The position numbers and the translations under genes were made by a program. A stretch of 64,000 nucleotides of DNA from Sandaracinaceae bacterium (lineage in GTDB: Bacteria; Myxococcota_A; Polyangia; Polyangiales; Sandaracinaceae): assembly GCA_044220955.1 (NCBI GenBank), contig JBGAQA010000029.1, forward strand, positions 1 to 64,000. Reading direction: 5' to 3'. Positions 21,645 through 31,225 of the stretch are shown piece after piece. Position 1 is the stretch's first letter; each line of letters opens with the position of its first letter. Below the pieces are notes generated by a model. It made no database searches. It was not told the DNA's origin and saw only the letters and a program-made list of their open reading frames with translations.

Positions 21645-23126
21645 TCAGATCGCGGTGCACACGGCCGCGACGCAGGCGAGCGCGGGCGCGCGGCACGTGT
21701 CGGTCAGCGGGCAATCCTCGCGCGCGATGCACGGCTCGCCCGCGGTCGGCGCGTCGCGGCACGAGAGACCTCCGCTCGCGCTCGGGCCGCACACGCCCGC
21801 GCACTCGTTGCCGACGCTGCACGGCGAGCCGGAGGGCAGATCGGCCTCGCACGTGCCCGAGGGACCACAGTGCAGCGCGGCGGCGCAGCTCCGGTCGCTC
21901 TCGCAGCGGCCGCCCGCCCCGCGCGGCACGATGCACAGGCTCCCCGCGGGGGAGAAGTCGCAGCCGAGACCCTCGGCGCAGCGATTGTCGAGGGTGCATG
22001 GCATGCCTTCGGTCGGCAGCGATGCGCACGTCCCGCCCACGCAGCCGAGGCCGGCAGCGCACGCGCTCGGGCCGAGCTCGCCGAACCCGCAGGGCGCGCC
22101 GGCGGTCGGGAGCGGAGCGCAGTGGCCTCCGTCGCCGTCGCAGGCGAGCCCGGCTGCGCAGATCACGCCGCGCGCGCAGAGCTGGTCGATGGCCGGGCGC
22201 GGGGCGCAGGTCCGCGCGTCATCGCAGTAGAGGTCGGCCGTGCAGTCGCGATCGTCGGCGCAGCCGGCACCAGCGCTCGACCGCGCAGCGCACACGCGCC
22301 GCCCTCCGCACTGCGCTCCGTGGCCGCAGCTCGCGCCGTCGTCGCACGCGGTCGCGCTCGGCGTCGCGCACGCACCGGCCGTGCACGCGAGGCCGTACGC
22401 GCACGCGTCGTCGGTCGTGCACGGGGCGCCCGGGGCTCCGAGCACCTCGCACGCGCTCGCCACGCAGCGGAGCGGAGGCGCGCAGTCGAGATCCTGCGCG
22501 CAGGCGGTGTCGCGCGCCGCGAGCGCGCGACACGCGCCGCCGCTGCACGCGAGCCCCGTCGCGCACGCGAACAGGTCGGAGCAGGCGCCACCCTCGCCCA
22601 CCGCGGGGCGACAGGTGCCCGTCACGCAGCGGCCGGCGCCCCCTGCACAGTAGGGTGTGGCGCACGTGCCGCCCAGCGTGCTCGGGTCGACGGCGAAGGG
22701 AGCGCACACGGCGAAGGGCACCGTACCGTCGGGGCTGGCGCAGGCAGGCGTGCCGGCCCGCGTCGCGGCCACGCACGCCGCGGCGGCCGTGGCGTCGATG
22801 CGCGCACCCGCGCTCACGAAGGGCTGCCAGGCCTCTTGGCATCGCACCGTCCAGCGTGCCGTACAAGCGCCGACGTCGAGCGCTCCTCCGGGCACGATCG
22901 CGCCGCAGCCGCAGTCCCCCGCCGACTCGCACACGAACGCTGCGAGGGGCGCGCAGTAGTCGCGCGCGAGATCCCCCCACGCCCCGCTCGTGTCGAACGC
23001 CGCACCGTCTCTCGCAGCGCCGTCCGAGGTGCTCGCATCGAGCCCGCCGTCGGCGGCTGACGGAGAGCCACCGCTGCAACCAGCCAAGAGGAGTGCCGCG
23101 AGGACGGAGCGAGCGTGGGGCGACAT
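21645..23126 (-). CDS. Cys-rich repeat lipoprotein
   Basis: Lipobox LLAGC; many G..C....C..GL.C..G.C modules. Confidence 0.8.
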   Translation of the reverse strand: MSPHARSVLAALLLAGCSGGSPSAADGGLDASTSDGAARDGAAFDTSGAWGDLARDYCAPLAAFVCESAGDCGCGAIVPGGALDVGACTARWTVRCQEAWQPFVSAGARIDATAAAACVAATRAGTPACASPDGTVPFAVCAPFAVDPSTLGGTCATPYCAGGAGRCVTGTCRPAVGEGGACSDLFACATGLACSGGACRALAARDTACAQDLDCAPPLRCVASACEVLGAPGAPCTTDDACAYGLACTAGACATPSATACDDGASCGHGAQCGGRRVCAARSSAGAGCADDRDCTADLYCDDARTCAPRPAIDQLCARGVICAAGLACDGDGGHCAPLPTAGAPCGFGELGPSACAAGLGCVGGTCASLPTEGMPCTLDNRCAEGLGCDFSPAGSLCIVPRGAGGRCESDRSCAAALHCGPSGTCEADLPSGSPCSVGNECAGVCGPSASGGLSCRDAPTAGEPCIAREDCPLTDTCRAPALACVAAVCTAI

Positions 23127-23248
23127 GAGCTCGAGGTGTGCGGCGGGGACGGTGCGGTCGCAACCGACGTGCGCGTCGCGCTCGGGGTCACGCCCCCGCC
23201 GGACCGGCGTGCTATAGCGACGCGCGCTCGTCCAAGGGAGGCTGGATC

Positions 23249-24127
23249 ATGATGCGACTCGTCGAGTGGTTCCTGCGGCTGATCGGGCTCGGTCACCTCG
23301 TCCGGCTGAACAGGGACGTGAACCGCCTCGTCAACACGGTGAACCAGGGCAACTACCAGGGGGCCATGGGACAGAGCGCTGCGATGACGAACGCGCAGGC
23401 GCAGGGCGCGTACGGGCAGCCGGCGCCGCAGGTCGCGGCCGCCATGGGCGTCAACCCCTTCCAGAACCAGCAGGTGCAGAACGCGATGGTCGCGGGCGCG
23501 ATGAGCAATGCGATGGCGCAGCACCAGAACAACGTGAACAACGCGGTCGCGGCCAACCCGGCGCTCACGGCGCCCATCGAGGGCGTCACGATCGAGCAGT
23601 ATGCGCAGGTCGCGGCGGCCGCGGCCGCGAACCAGGCGCCCGGCGCGTTCCAGCAGATCCTGGCGCAGCACGGGATGGATCAGGCCAAGTACGACCGCGT
23701 CGCTGCCGGCTGGAACGCGCGCATGCGCGACGACCACACTTACGCGCTGACGACCCTCTACGGGCGCGCGTTCGGTGGCGCGGGCCAGGGGCAGTTCGGC
23801 GCTGCGGGCGCCGCGGGGGCGGGCTCGCTCGGCGCCACGGCGGCCACGGGCGTGGGCGCGAACGTCGCGGGCGGCGAGCCCTGCACGTGGGAGAAGTACA
23901 ACGAGATCGGCGGCGCGCAGCGCGCGTGGGCGCAGTCCGGCAAGGACGTCAACGCGATGCTCAAGCAGCAGTTCGGCATCAGCGCGATCGACTGGTCGAA
24001 CATGAGCCAGTACTGGATGGCCCGCATGATGACCGACGGCCAGAAGATGATGGAGATGAACACGCTGCAGGAGCAGTGGGCAGCCCGCTACGCCGCGCCG
24101 AAGGCGGACCAGGACCTCAAGTTCTAG
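23249..24127 (+). CDS. Gln/Ala/Asn-rich protein with an internally duplicated helical domain (DUF6620-like by recollection)
   Basis: SD aagggagg; two similar units ending in W.ARM..D. Confidence 0.75.
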   Translation: MMRLVEWFLRLIGLGHLVRLNRDVNRLVNTVNQGNYQGAMGQSAAMTNAQAQGAYGQPAPQVAAAMGVNPFQNQQVQNAMVAGAMSNAMAQHQNNVNNAVAANPALTAPIEGVTIEQYAQVAAAAAANQAPGAFQQILAQHGMDQAKYDRVAAGWNARMRDDHTYALTTLYGRAFGGAGQGQFGAAGAAGAGSLGATAATGVGANVAGGEPCTWEKYNEIGGAQRAWAQSGKDVNAMLKQQFGISAIDWSNMSQYWMARMMTDGQKMMEMNTLQEQWAARYAAPKADQDLKF

Positions 24128-24131
24128 GCCG

Positions 24132-24740
24132 ATGAGCTCGCAGGTTCTCTCGGCCCAGCTCCAGCAGCTCGACGCGAACGTCGACGGGCACGTGCGCTGG
24201 ATCGTCCAGACCGCTGCGGCGTGCCCGCCGGGAGGGAACCGGAGCTGGGACCAGGTGCTGGCGCAGTACGGCGCGCGGCCCGACGCCCCGCTCGCGCGGC
24301 TCGAGGAAGCCCGGCACGCCGGCCAGTCGCGGGGCGCGACGCTGAAGGAGGTGCGGCGGGCGATCGACGCCATGCTCGCGCAGGCCAAGGCCGAGCTGGA
24401 CAAGCTGGTGCCGCCGGTTCGGTGGGGCGGCGCGGTGGTCGCCGGGACGAGCGACGCGAGCTTCGAGAGCTACGTGGCGACGCTGCGCGCGAAGCTCGCG
24501 AGCCTGACCGACGAGGTGCTCGCCCGCTACACCGCCGACGTCTGCCCGCCCCGGGCCGCGGTCGCGGCGAGCGTGAACAGCGTCTTCGCGAACGCGCAGG
24601 CGACGGCCAAGCTCGCGCCCTGGGCCAACTACGAGATCGACGCGACGAAGGTGCTCGAGTGCCACGCCTGCGGCGCGCCGCAGGAGGTCGCGCTCGACTT
24701 CGTCTGCAGGTACTGCAAGTCCCCGATGGTGAAGCGATGA
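24132..24740 (+). CDS. Hypothetical protein with C-terminal Zn ribbon
   Basis: CHACGAP...CRYC; 4-bp gap to the upstream gene. Confidence 0.8.
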   Translation: MSSQVLSAQLQQLDANVDGHVRWIVQTAAACPPGGNRSWDQVLAQYGARPDAPLARLEEARHAGQSRGATLKEVRRAIDAMLAQAKAELDKLVPPVRWGGAVVAGTSDASFESYVATLRAKLASLTDEVLARYTADVCPPRAAVAASVNSVFANAQATAKLAPWANYEIDATKVLECHACGAPQEVALDFVCRYCKSPMVKR

Positions 24741-25432
24741 GCAACGACGTGATGGAGCGCTGGCGCGGGTTCGTGCAGAAGGTGACCGGCCGCCTCGGCG
24801 AGATCATGAGCGAGTCGAACGCGGGCTTCGAGGGCCTGCTCCAAGACCCCGGTCTGGATCCGATCACGTTCACCAACGCCATGAACGCGATCGAGATCCG
24901 CTACAAGGATCTGCGCACGAAGCTCGCCACGACGTACTCGGAGCAGGTCGTGCTGCCGACGGTGTTCGGCGGCCGCAACGAGGCCAAGGAGCTGCTCGAC
25001 CAGGCCGAGACCTGGATGGAGGACAGCTGGGAGCGCTTCCGGACCGGATGGAACGGCCGTCTCGTGCGTAGCCTCTGGACGCGCGCCCAGCCGCTCATGA
25101 ACAAGCCCGCCGCGTGCTCGCGCTGCGGCGCGCAGCTCGCGCGCACGCTCTTCCACCAGGCCGAGAGCATCACGTGCGCGAGCTGCAAGTCCGTGAACTC
25201 GGTGTCGCCGGACCCGCTCGTCTACACGTACTTCGCGATGGCGCCCGACCTGATCGCGGACGAGCAGACCATCCAGCTCAAGCTGGCGGCGGAGCGGGGT
25301 CGAACGGACGCGCTCTGGCAGCAGTACTTCGAGGCCTACGCGAGAGCGCGCGCCGCCATCGCGCCGATGACCCCCGACGAGGTCCGCAGCTACGCCGAGT
25401 CGCGCATGAAGATGCTGCGCGCGTACCGGTGA
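24737..25432 (+). CDS. Hypothetical helical protein with Zn ribbon
   Basis: ATGA overlap; CSRCGA...CASC. Confidence 0.8.
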   Translation: MSNDVMERWRGFVQKVTGRLGEIMSESNAGFEGLLQDPGLDPITFTNAMNAIEIRYKDLRTKLATTYSEQVVLPTVFGGRNEAKELLDQAETWMEDSWERFRTGWNGRLVRSLWTRAQPLMNKPAACSRCGAQLARTLFHQAESITCASCKSVNSVSPDPLVYTYFAMAPDLIADEQTIQLKLAAERGRTDALWQQYFEAYARARAAIAPMTPDEVRSYAESRMKMLRAYR

Positions 25433-25436
25433 GCGC

Positions 25437-25679
25437 TTGGAGTCGCTCCTCGTCCTCGCGCTGGTGCTCGGTGCCTGCGCCGCGATCTGGTCCCTGAGCC
25501 GCCCGAAGCGTCGGGCGACGGGAGTGGCCGCGCTGCGGCGCGAGCTGGCGCACCTGACGCACGACGAGGCGTCGGCGCAGCGCCTGGTGGAGGCCGAAGC
25601 GAGGCGCTCCCCCGAGGCGACGGAGAAGGAGCTCCTCGAGCGGGTCATCCGGCGTCTGCGCCACGAGCGGCGTAGATGA
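25437..25679 (+). CDS. Small membrane-anchored protein
   Basis: N-terminal hydrophobic helix followed by a charged helical tail. Confidence 0.6.
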   Translation: MESLLVLALVLGACAAIWSLSRPKRRATGVAALRRELAHLTHDEASAQRLVEAEARRSPEATEKELLERVIRRLRHERRR

Positions 25680-25715
25680 CGAGGAAGGGCGCATCGGGCG
25701 GTCGCGGCGCGTAGG

Positions 25716-28700
25716 ATGGGCAGCGTGGAACGTCGCCGCATCGGCCGGTTCGACGTGGAGGGCGTGCTCGGCCAGGGCGGCATGGGCGTCGTGTACGTCG
25801 CGCGCGACGCGCTTCTCGACCGGCGCGTCGCGCTCAAGGTCCTGCCACCCGGGCACGAGAGCGACGCCGCCGACCGGCACCGGTTGCTGCGTGAGGCGCG
25901 CAGCGCGGCTGCGCTCTCGCACCCGAACGTGGTGACCGTCCTCGAGGCCGGAGAGGACGCCGGCGCCGTGTACCTCGCGATGGAGCTCGTCGAGGGGGGA
26001 ACCCTCGCGGAGCGTCTCGGGCGCGGTCCGATGACGCAAGCCGAGGTCGTCCACGTCGGGCTCGGCATCGCACGTGGCCTCGCCAGCGCGCACGCCAGCG
26101 GCGTTCTGCATCGGGATCTGAAGCCGGCGAACGTGATCCTCGGTCCCGAGCTCACGCCGAAGCTGGTGGACTTCGGCCTCGCGCGTGCCCCCGCGCGGTC
26201 GAGCGGGCCGGAGGAGCGCTTGAGCTTCACCGGAGTCGTGGTCGGCACACCCGGTTACATGGCCCCGGAGCAGGTCCGCGGGGGCGAGACCGACGCACGC
26301 ACCGACGTGTTCGCGCTGGGCGTGGTGCTGCACGAGATGTGGTCGGGCGCGCCCCCCTTCGGCGCCAGCGGGCTCGCCGCGATGTCGGCCGTGCTCTACG
26401 ACGAGCCGGCCGCCCTCGAGCTCGGACGGCCCGGCGCTCCGGCCGAGCTGCGCGAGCTCATCGGGCGCTGCCTCTGCCGCGATCCCGCGGGGCGTCCGCC
26501 CGATGCGTCGTGGGCCGTGCGCGTGCTCGGTGCGCTCGCCGCGAGGCTGCCCCGCGCCGGCGCCCCCGTGGAGTCACCCCTGCCCCAGCCGCGCGCCCAG
26601 GCCTTCGCGCCGACCCTCGAGGTCCTGCGCTCGTCGGTGCGGCCGCGGGCGAGCCTCTCGTCGCTCGTGGGTCGCGAGCGCGAGATCCTGGAGGTCGAGG
26701 CGGCGCTCGAGGCGGGAGCGCGGCTCGTGACCATCGCGGGGCCGCCGGGGATCGGCAAGACGCGCGTCGCCGGCGAGCTCGCGCGACGCGCTTCGGAGCG
26801 CGGCAGGCGCTCCGTCTCGGTGACGCTCGTCGGGGCCAAGGCGCTCGCCGACGTCGAGGCCGCGGTGTACGCCGCGCTGCGTCGCACGTCGTCCGAGACG
26901 CCCCTCGTGGAGCTGCTCGCGCTCGAGGACGCGCTCCTGCTCGTCGACGGAGGGGAGGCCCTCGCCGAGGTGCTCGGCCCGCTCCTCGAATCATGGATGC
27001 GCATCGCCTCGAGGATGCAGGTGGTCCTGTCCTCGCGCGCGGTCCTGCGGGCGCCCTCGGAGCAGGTCGTGACGCTCGCGCCGCTGCCCGAGGCGGTCGG
27101 CGTGGAGCTCTTCCTCGCACGCTCGCGCCAGGCGCGACCGACGCTCGTGGTCGACACCGCCGTGCGCGAGGCGGCCGTCGAGATCGTCCGCCTCCTCGAC
27201 GGCAACCCGCTCGCGCTCACGCTGGCCGCCGCGCGCGCGGCCGTGCTCTCTCCGCCCCAGATCGCGACCCGTCTGCGCGAGCGCGCGCACGATCGCCTCT
27301 CCTTGCTCCAGGAACGGGGCAGCGCCGGGCTCGCGGACGCCATCGCGTGGTCGTTCCAGCTCCTCACGCCGGGAGCGCGTGCGCTCGTCGAGGAGCTCTC
27401 CGTGCTCGCCGGGCCCTTCGACGTCGAGGCGGCGGAGGCGATCGCGCGTGATCCGGCGGGCGTGATCGAGGGGCTCGAGCGGCTCCGGGACGCGTCTCTC
27501 GTGCGCGCCGGGCCCGAGCAGGGCGACACCGTCCGGATGATGGTGGACCCGAACGTGCGCGCGTTCGCGGCGCGGGAGCTGGAGAGGCGGGGCGATGCAG
27601 GCAGCGTCCGAGAGGCCCATGCGAACCACTTCGGCGCGCTCGCCGAGCGCGCGCTCACGGGCCCGGGCTCCGCGACGCAGGCGGCGGCGATCGCGCACCT
27701 CGATCTGCTCGACGTCGTCGCGCTGGCGACGCGCGCCAGCGCCGCCAGCACCCGGGCAGCGGGGCTCCGGGCGGCGACGCTCCTCGCTCTGCATGGCGAG
27801 ACACACGACACCGAGGGTCTGGAGGCGAGCCTCGTTCGGCTGCTCGAGGTCTCGGACGGAGTTGCGGACGTCGGGTTCACGCTCCGCGCCCGTGCGGCGC
27901 TCGGTCTCGCGCGCGCACGTGGACAGCGGGACACGGAGGGTGCCGTTCGCGCCGCGCGCGAGGCGCTCGCGCAGGCGGTTGCTGCTGGCGATGGCGGTCT
28001 CGTGCACCGCGCACGGCTCGCGCTGGTCGACTCGCTCGTCGCCAGCGCCGCGATCGCCGAGGCGAGCGTCGAGGCGAGCGCTGCGCTCGCCGGAGCGCCG
28101 GATGTCGATGCGGAGATCGATGCGCTCGAGCGCGCCGCGACGGTCGCGTGGCGACAGAGCGCGCTCGATCGAGCGCTCGCGCACATGCGCCGGGCGCTCG
28201 CGCTGGTCGAGGCGCGTCGTGATCGCCGGCGCCAGGCGGCCGTCCTGCACACCATGGGCATCGTCTGCGTCCAGCAGGGCCGGTTCGCGGAGGCCCGCGC
28301 CGCCTACGAGCGCGCGAGGGAGCTCGGACGTGCCGAGGGCGCGACGCTGCTGGTGGCGACGCTCGCGAACAACCTCGGGGTCATCCACCACGAGCAAGAT
28401 CGTCTCGACGAGGCGCATGCGGCATTCGACGAAGCGGCGCGAGACGCGCGGGCGGGCGGTCGCGCGAAGCTCTTCGCCGTCGCGCGGGGAAACCTCGCCT
28501 TCATCGATCAGGAGCAAGGGCGCAATGCCGAGGCGCGTCTCGGCCTCGACGAGGCGATCGCCACGCTCGAGGCCGTGGGCGACCGGCGCTACCGCGCCGC
28601 GTACACGCTCGCCCGCGCCGCGCTGCTCGCCGACGAAGGTGACGCGGAACGCGCCCGCGCCGACGTGGCGGCGGCCCGCGAGATGGTCCTGCCGAGCCCC

Positions 28701-28898
28701 GAGCCGCAGGTCGCCGTCCTCGTCGCGGTCCGCGCGGACTACGTCGAGCACGCCTTGGCGCACGATCCGGAGGAGCGCGCCGGGCTCGCCGTGCGCCTCC
28801 GAGCCCACCTGGCCGAGCTCGAACGTCCTGGGTCGATCTCGTCGCAGAGCGACCTGGTCCGCATGGCGCTGCGGCTCGTGCGCCGTCGTCTCGGCTGA
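25716..28898 (+). CDS. Ser/Thr kinase - P-loop ATPase (NB-ARC/STAND-like) - TPR protein
   Basis: HRDLKPAN, DFG, GTPGYMAPEQ; LVGRE, GPPGIGKT, LLLVDGGE, LDGNPLAL; TPR motifs NNLGVIH, GNLAFI. Start may be GTG 25725. Confidence 0.92.
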   Translation: MGSVERRRIGRFDVEGVLGQGGMGVVYVARDALLDRRVALKVLPPGHESDAADRHRLLREARSAAALSHPNVVTVLEAGEDAGAVYLAMELVEGGTLAERLGRGPMTQAEVVHVGLGIARGLASAHASGVLHRDLKPANVILGPELTPKLVDFGLARAPARSSGPEERLSFTGVVVGTPGYMAPEQVRGGETDARTDVFALGVVLHEMWSGAPPFGASGLAAMSAVLYDEPAALELGRPGAPAELRELIGRCLCRDPAGRPPDASWAVRVLGALAARLPRAGAPVESPLPQPRAQAFAPTLEVLRSSVRPRASLSSLVGREREILEVEAALEAGARLVTIAGPPGIGKTRVAGELARRASERGRRSVSVTLVGAKALADVEAAVYAALRRTSSETPLVELLALEDALLLVDGGEALAEVLGPLLESWMRIASRMQVVLSSRAVLRAPSEQVVTLAPLPEAVGVELFLARSRQARPTLVVDTAVREAAVEIVRLLDGNPLALTLAAARAAVLSPPQIATRLRERAHDRLSLLQERGSAGLADAIAWSFQLLTPGARALVEELSVLAGPFDVEAAEAIARDPAGVIEGLERLRDASLVRAGPEQGDTVRMMVDPNVRAFAARELERRGDAGSVREAHANHFGALAERALTGPGSATQAAAIAHLDLLDVVALATRASAASTRAAGLRAATLLALHGETHDTEGLEASLVRLLEVSDGVADVGFTLRARAALGLARARGQRDTEGAVRAAREALAQAVAAGDGGLVHRARLALVDSLVASAAIAEASVEASAALAGAPDVDAEIDALERAATVAWRQSALDRALAHMRRALALVEARRDRRRQAAVLHTMGIVCVQQGRFAEARAAYERARELGRAEGATLLVATLANNLGVIHHEQDRLDEAHAAFDEAARDARAGGRAKLFAVARGNLAFIDQEQGRNAEARLGLDEAIATLEAVGDRRYRAAYTLARAALLADEGDAERARADVAAAREMVLPSPEPQVAVLVAVRADYVEHALAHDPEERAGLAVRLRAHLAELERPGSISSQSDLVRMALRLVRRRLG

Positions 28899-29031
28899 GG
28901 TCCCCTCCCAGCTCGAACGAGGCGTCGGTGCGGGCGGAAGGCCGAGCGAGCACGACGGACGCTTCCGCCGCGTGTCGACGGTGCCACGGAACTCGTGCAC
29001 GCAGCGCGTGCCCAGAGCTACGCTCGCGCCC

Positions 29032-30285
29032 ATGCGTACGATGTCCCAGCTCGCCGAGGATCTGATCGACGGCGTGGTCGACTACCGCGAGGTCTCGCCC
29101 ATCCCGTTCCAGCCCCGCATGGAGCTCGAGGAGGTGAGCCCAGGGGTCGGGTTCGTCTCGAGCTTCGCCAACGCCACGGCCGTCGCCACCCCTCAGGGTC
29201 TGGTCCTCGTGGACACCGGATCGTTCCTCACGTCGGGGCACGTCCACCTCGCGCTTCGCCAGTGGAACGCGAAGGACGCCGCCGCGGCCGTCGTGTTCAC
29301 CCACGGGCACGTCGACCATTGCTTCGGCGTCGAGCGCTGGGAGGCGGACGCCGCCGCGGTGGGAAAGCCGGGCCCGACGGTCTACGCCCATGCGCGCGTC
29401 CCCGCGCGCTTCGACCGGTACCGGCTCACGCGCCGATGGAACGGCTGCATCAACGGGCGGCAATTCGGCGGAGAGGTCGAGTGGCCGGCGAGCTACCGCT
29501 ACCCGGACGTCACCTACGAGACGGCCTTGGTCGTGGACGTCGGCGGCGAGCGCTTCGAGCTCTTCCACGCACGGGGCGAGACCGACGACGCCACGTGGGT
29601 GTTCGTACCGGGCAAGCGCCTGCTCTGCACGGGCGATCTCTTCCTCTGGGTCTGTCCGAACGCGGGTAATCCGCAGAAGGTCCAGCGCTATCCCCGCGAG
29701 TGGGCGCTCGCGCTGCGCGCGATGATGGCGCGCGAGCCCGAGGTGCTCTGTCCGGGACACGGCCTGCCGATCCGGGGCGCGGACCGTGTGCGTGGCGTCC
29801 TCTCGGACACCGCCGAGCTGCTCGAGTCGCTCCACGACCAGACCGTGGCGCTCATGAACCAGGGCGCGCGCCTGCCCGACGTGCTCGCGAACGTGCGGGT
29901 ACCGACGCACCTCATCGAGAAGCCCTTCCTGCGACCCGACTACGACGAGCCTGGCTTCATCGTGCGAAACGTCTGGCGACTCTACGGCGGGTGGTGGGAC
30001 GGCATGCCCTCCTCGCTCCAGCCAGCCCATCCGTCCGAGCTCGCGCGCGAGCTGGCCGTCCTCGCCGGAGGCGCCAAGGTGCTCGCCGACCGCGCGCTCG
30101 CCCTCTCGGAGAAGGGCGAGCACGCGCTCGCGACGCACCTCGCGGAGCTGGCCGGTGAGGCGGCGGGAAAGGACCCCGGCGTCTGGGAGGCGCGCCGCAA
30201 GGTGCTCGCCGCCCGCGCCGACGCGGCAGGATCGCTCATGGCGCGTGGCGTGTACCGCAAGGCCGCGGACGAGCCCTCGCGCTGA
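29032..30285 (+). CDS. Metallo-beta-lactamase-fold hydrolase, alkyl sulfatase-like
   Basis: THGHVDHCFG, GETDDATW, TGDLF, PNAGNPQKVQRYP, PGHG, YGGWWDG. Confidence 0.88.
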   Translation: MRTMSQLAEDLIDGVVDYREVSPIPFQPRMELEEVSPGVGFVSSFANATAVATPQGLVLVDTGSFLTSGHVHLALRQWNAKDAAAAVVFTHGHVDHCFGVERWEADAAAVGKPGPTVYAHARVPARFDRYRLTRRWNGCINGRQFGGEVEWPASYRYPDVTYETALVVDVGGERFELFHARGETDDATWVFVPGKRLLCTGDLFLWVCPNAGNPQKVQRYPREWALALRAMMAREPEVLCPGHGLPIRGADRVRGVLSDTAELLESLHDQTVALMNQGARLPDVLANVRVPTHLIEKPFLRPDYDEPGFIVRNVWRLYGGWWDGMPSSLQPAHPSELARELAVLAGGAKVLADRALALSEKGEHALATHLAELAGEAAGKDPGVWEARRKVLAARADAAGSLMARGVYRKAADEPSR

Positions 30286-30296
30286 GGCCGCGACGC

Positions 30297-31196
30297 GTGC
30301 GCCCGAACCGCTACTGCTCGGCCATGGCGCGAGGCGGCGACGAGCCCCTCGGTGGCTCTGCGAGCCATGCACGCGGGTGTCTGCTCGTGAGCTATCCGAA
30401 GCGGATGTGGGCGAGGCAGGCGCTCGACTCGGAGGGGCTGCCGGCCTCGCTCGTGCGCGAGCTGGAGCGGCTCGCCGAGCGCGACGTCGTGACGCGCCTG
30501 GTCGCGCACGAGGGCCCCTGGCGCGATCGCGTCGAGCTCACCTTCTTTCCACGCGCGCGGCGTCACCGCGGCGTGCCGCTCGCCGACGCCGCCGAGCTGC
30601 TGCGCGCATCGAACCCGGACGACGGGGAGCCGGTCACGCGGCCGCTGATCCTCGTATGCACGCACGGTGTCCGCGATCGATGCTGCGCGCTCTTCGGCGC
30701 GGCCATCGTGGACGCGCTGCGCGTCGATCCGGGTGCGGCGGCTGGAGGCGTCGAGATCCGGGAGGCGAGCCACCTCGGTGGGGACCGGTTCGCACCGACC
30801 GCGCTCGTGCTGCCCAGCGGCCACACGTACGGCCACCTGGATGCGTCCGACGTCCCTGCCCTGGTCGCCGCGGCGGCCGAGGGCAGACCGTTCGGCTCCA
30901 AGTTCCGGGGCTCGCTCTGGCTCGACCCGCTCGATCAGCTCGCCGAGGTGGCCGCCGTGTCGGTCGCCGGTCCTGCGACCGGCCGCGCGCCCGTCGTCGG
31001 TCCGATCTCGCGCACCGAGGGGGCGTCGGAGGCGACCCTTCGCTGCGAGGTCACGATCGACGAGGCCCGCGTCGCGCTCGAGGTGCGCTGCCGGCTCGTC
31101 AGGCAGCTCGTCGTCGGGGACTGCCGCGCCGCGGACACCGGCCGATCGTCGGTGGTCGAGCGCTGGACCATCGAGAGCGTGTCGGTCGCCGGCTGA
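30297..31196 (+). CDS. Sucrase/ferredoxin-like (Apd1/Aim32-type thioredoxin-like 2Fe-2S) protein
   Basis: LVCTHGVRDRCCA, SHLGGDRFAPT. Confidence 0.85.
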   Translation: MRPNRYCSAMARGGDEPLGGSASHARGCLLVSYPKRMWARQALDSEGLPASLVRELERLAERDVVTRLVAHEGPWRDRVELTFFPRARRHRGVPLADAAELLRASNPDDGEPVTRPLILVCTHGVRDRCCALFGAAIVDALRVDPGAAAGGVEIREASHLGGDRFAPTALVLPSGHTYGHLDASDVPALVAAAAEGRPFGSKFRGSLWLDPLDQLAEVAAVSVAGPATGRAPVVGPISRTEGASEATLRCEVTIDEARVALEVRCRLVRQLVVGDCRAADTGRSSVVERWTIESVSVAG

Positions 31197-31225
31197 CCTC
31201 GCGACGCGGCTTCGGAGGCCGCGAG

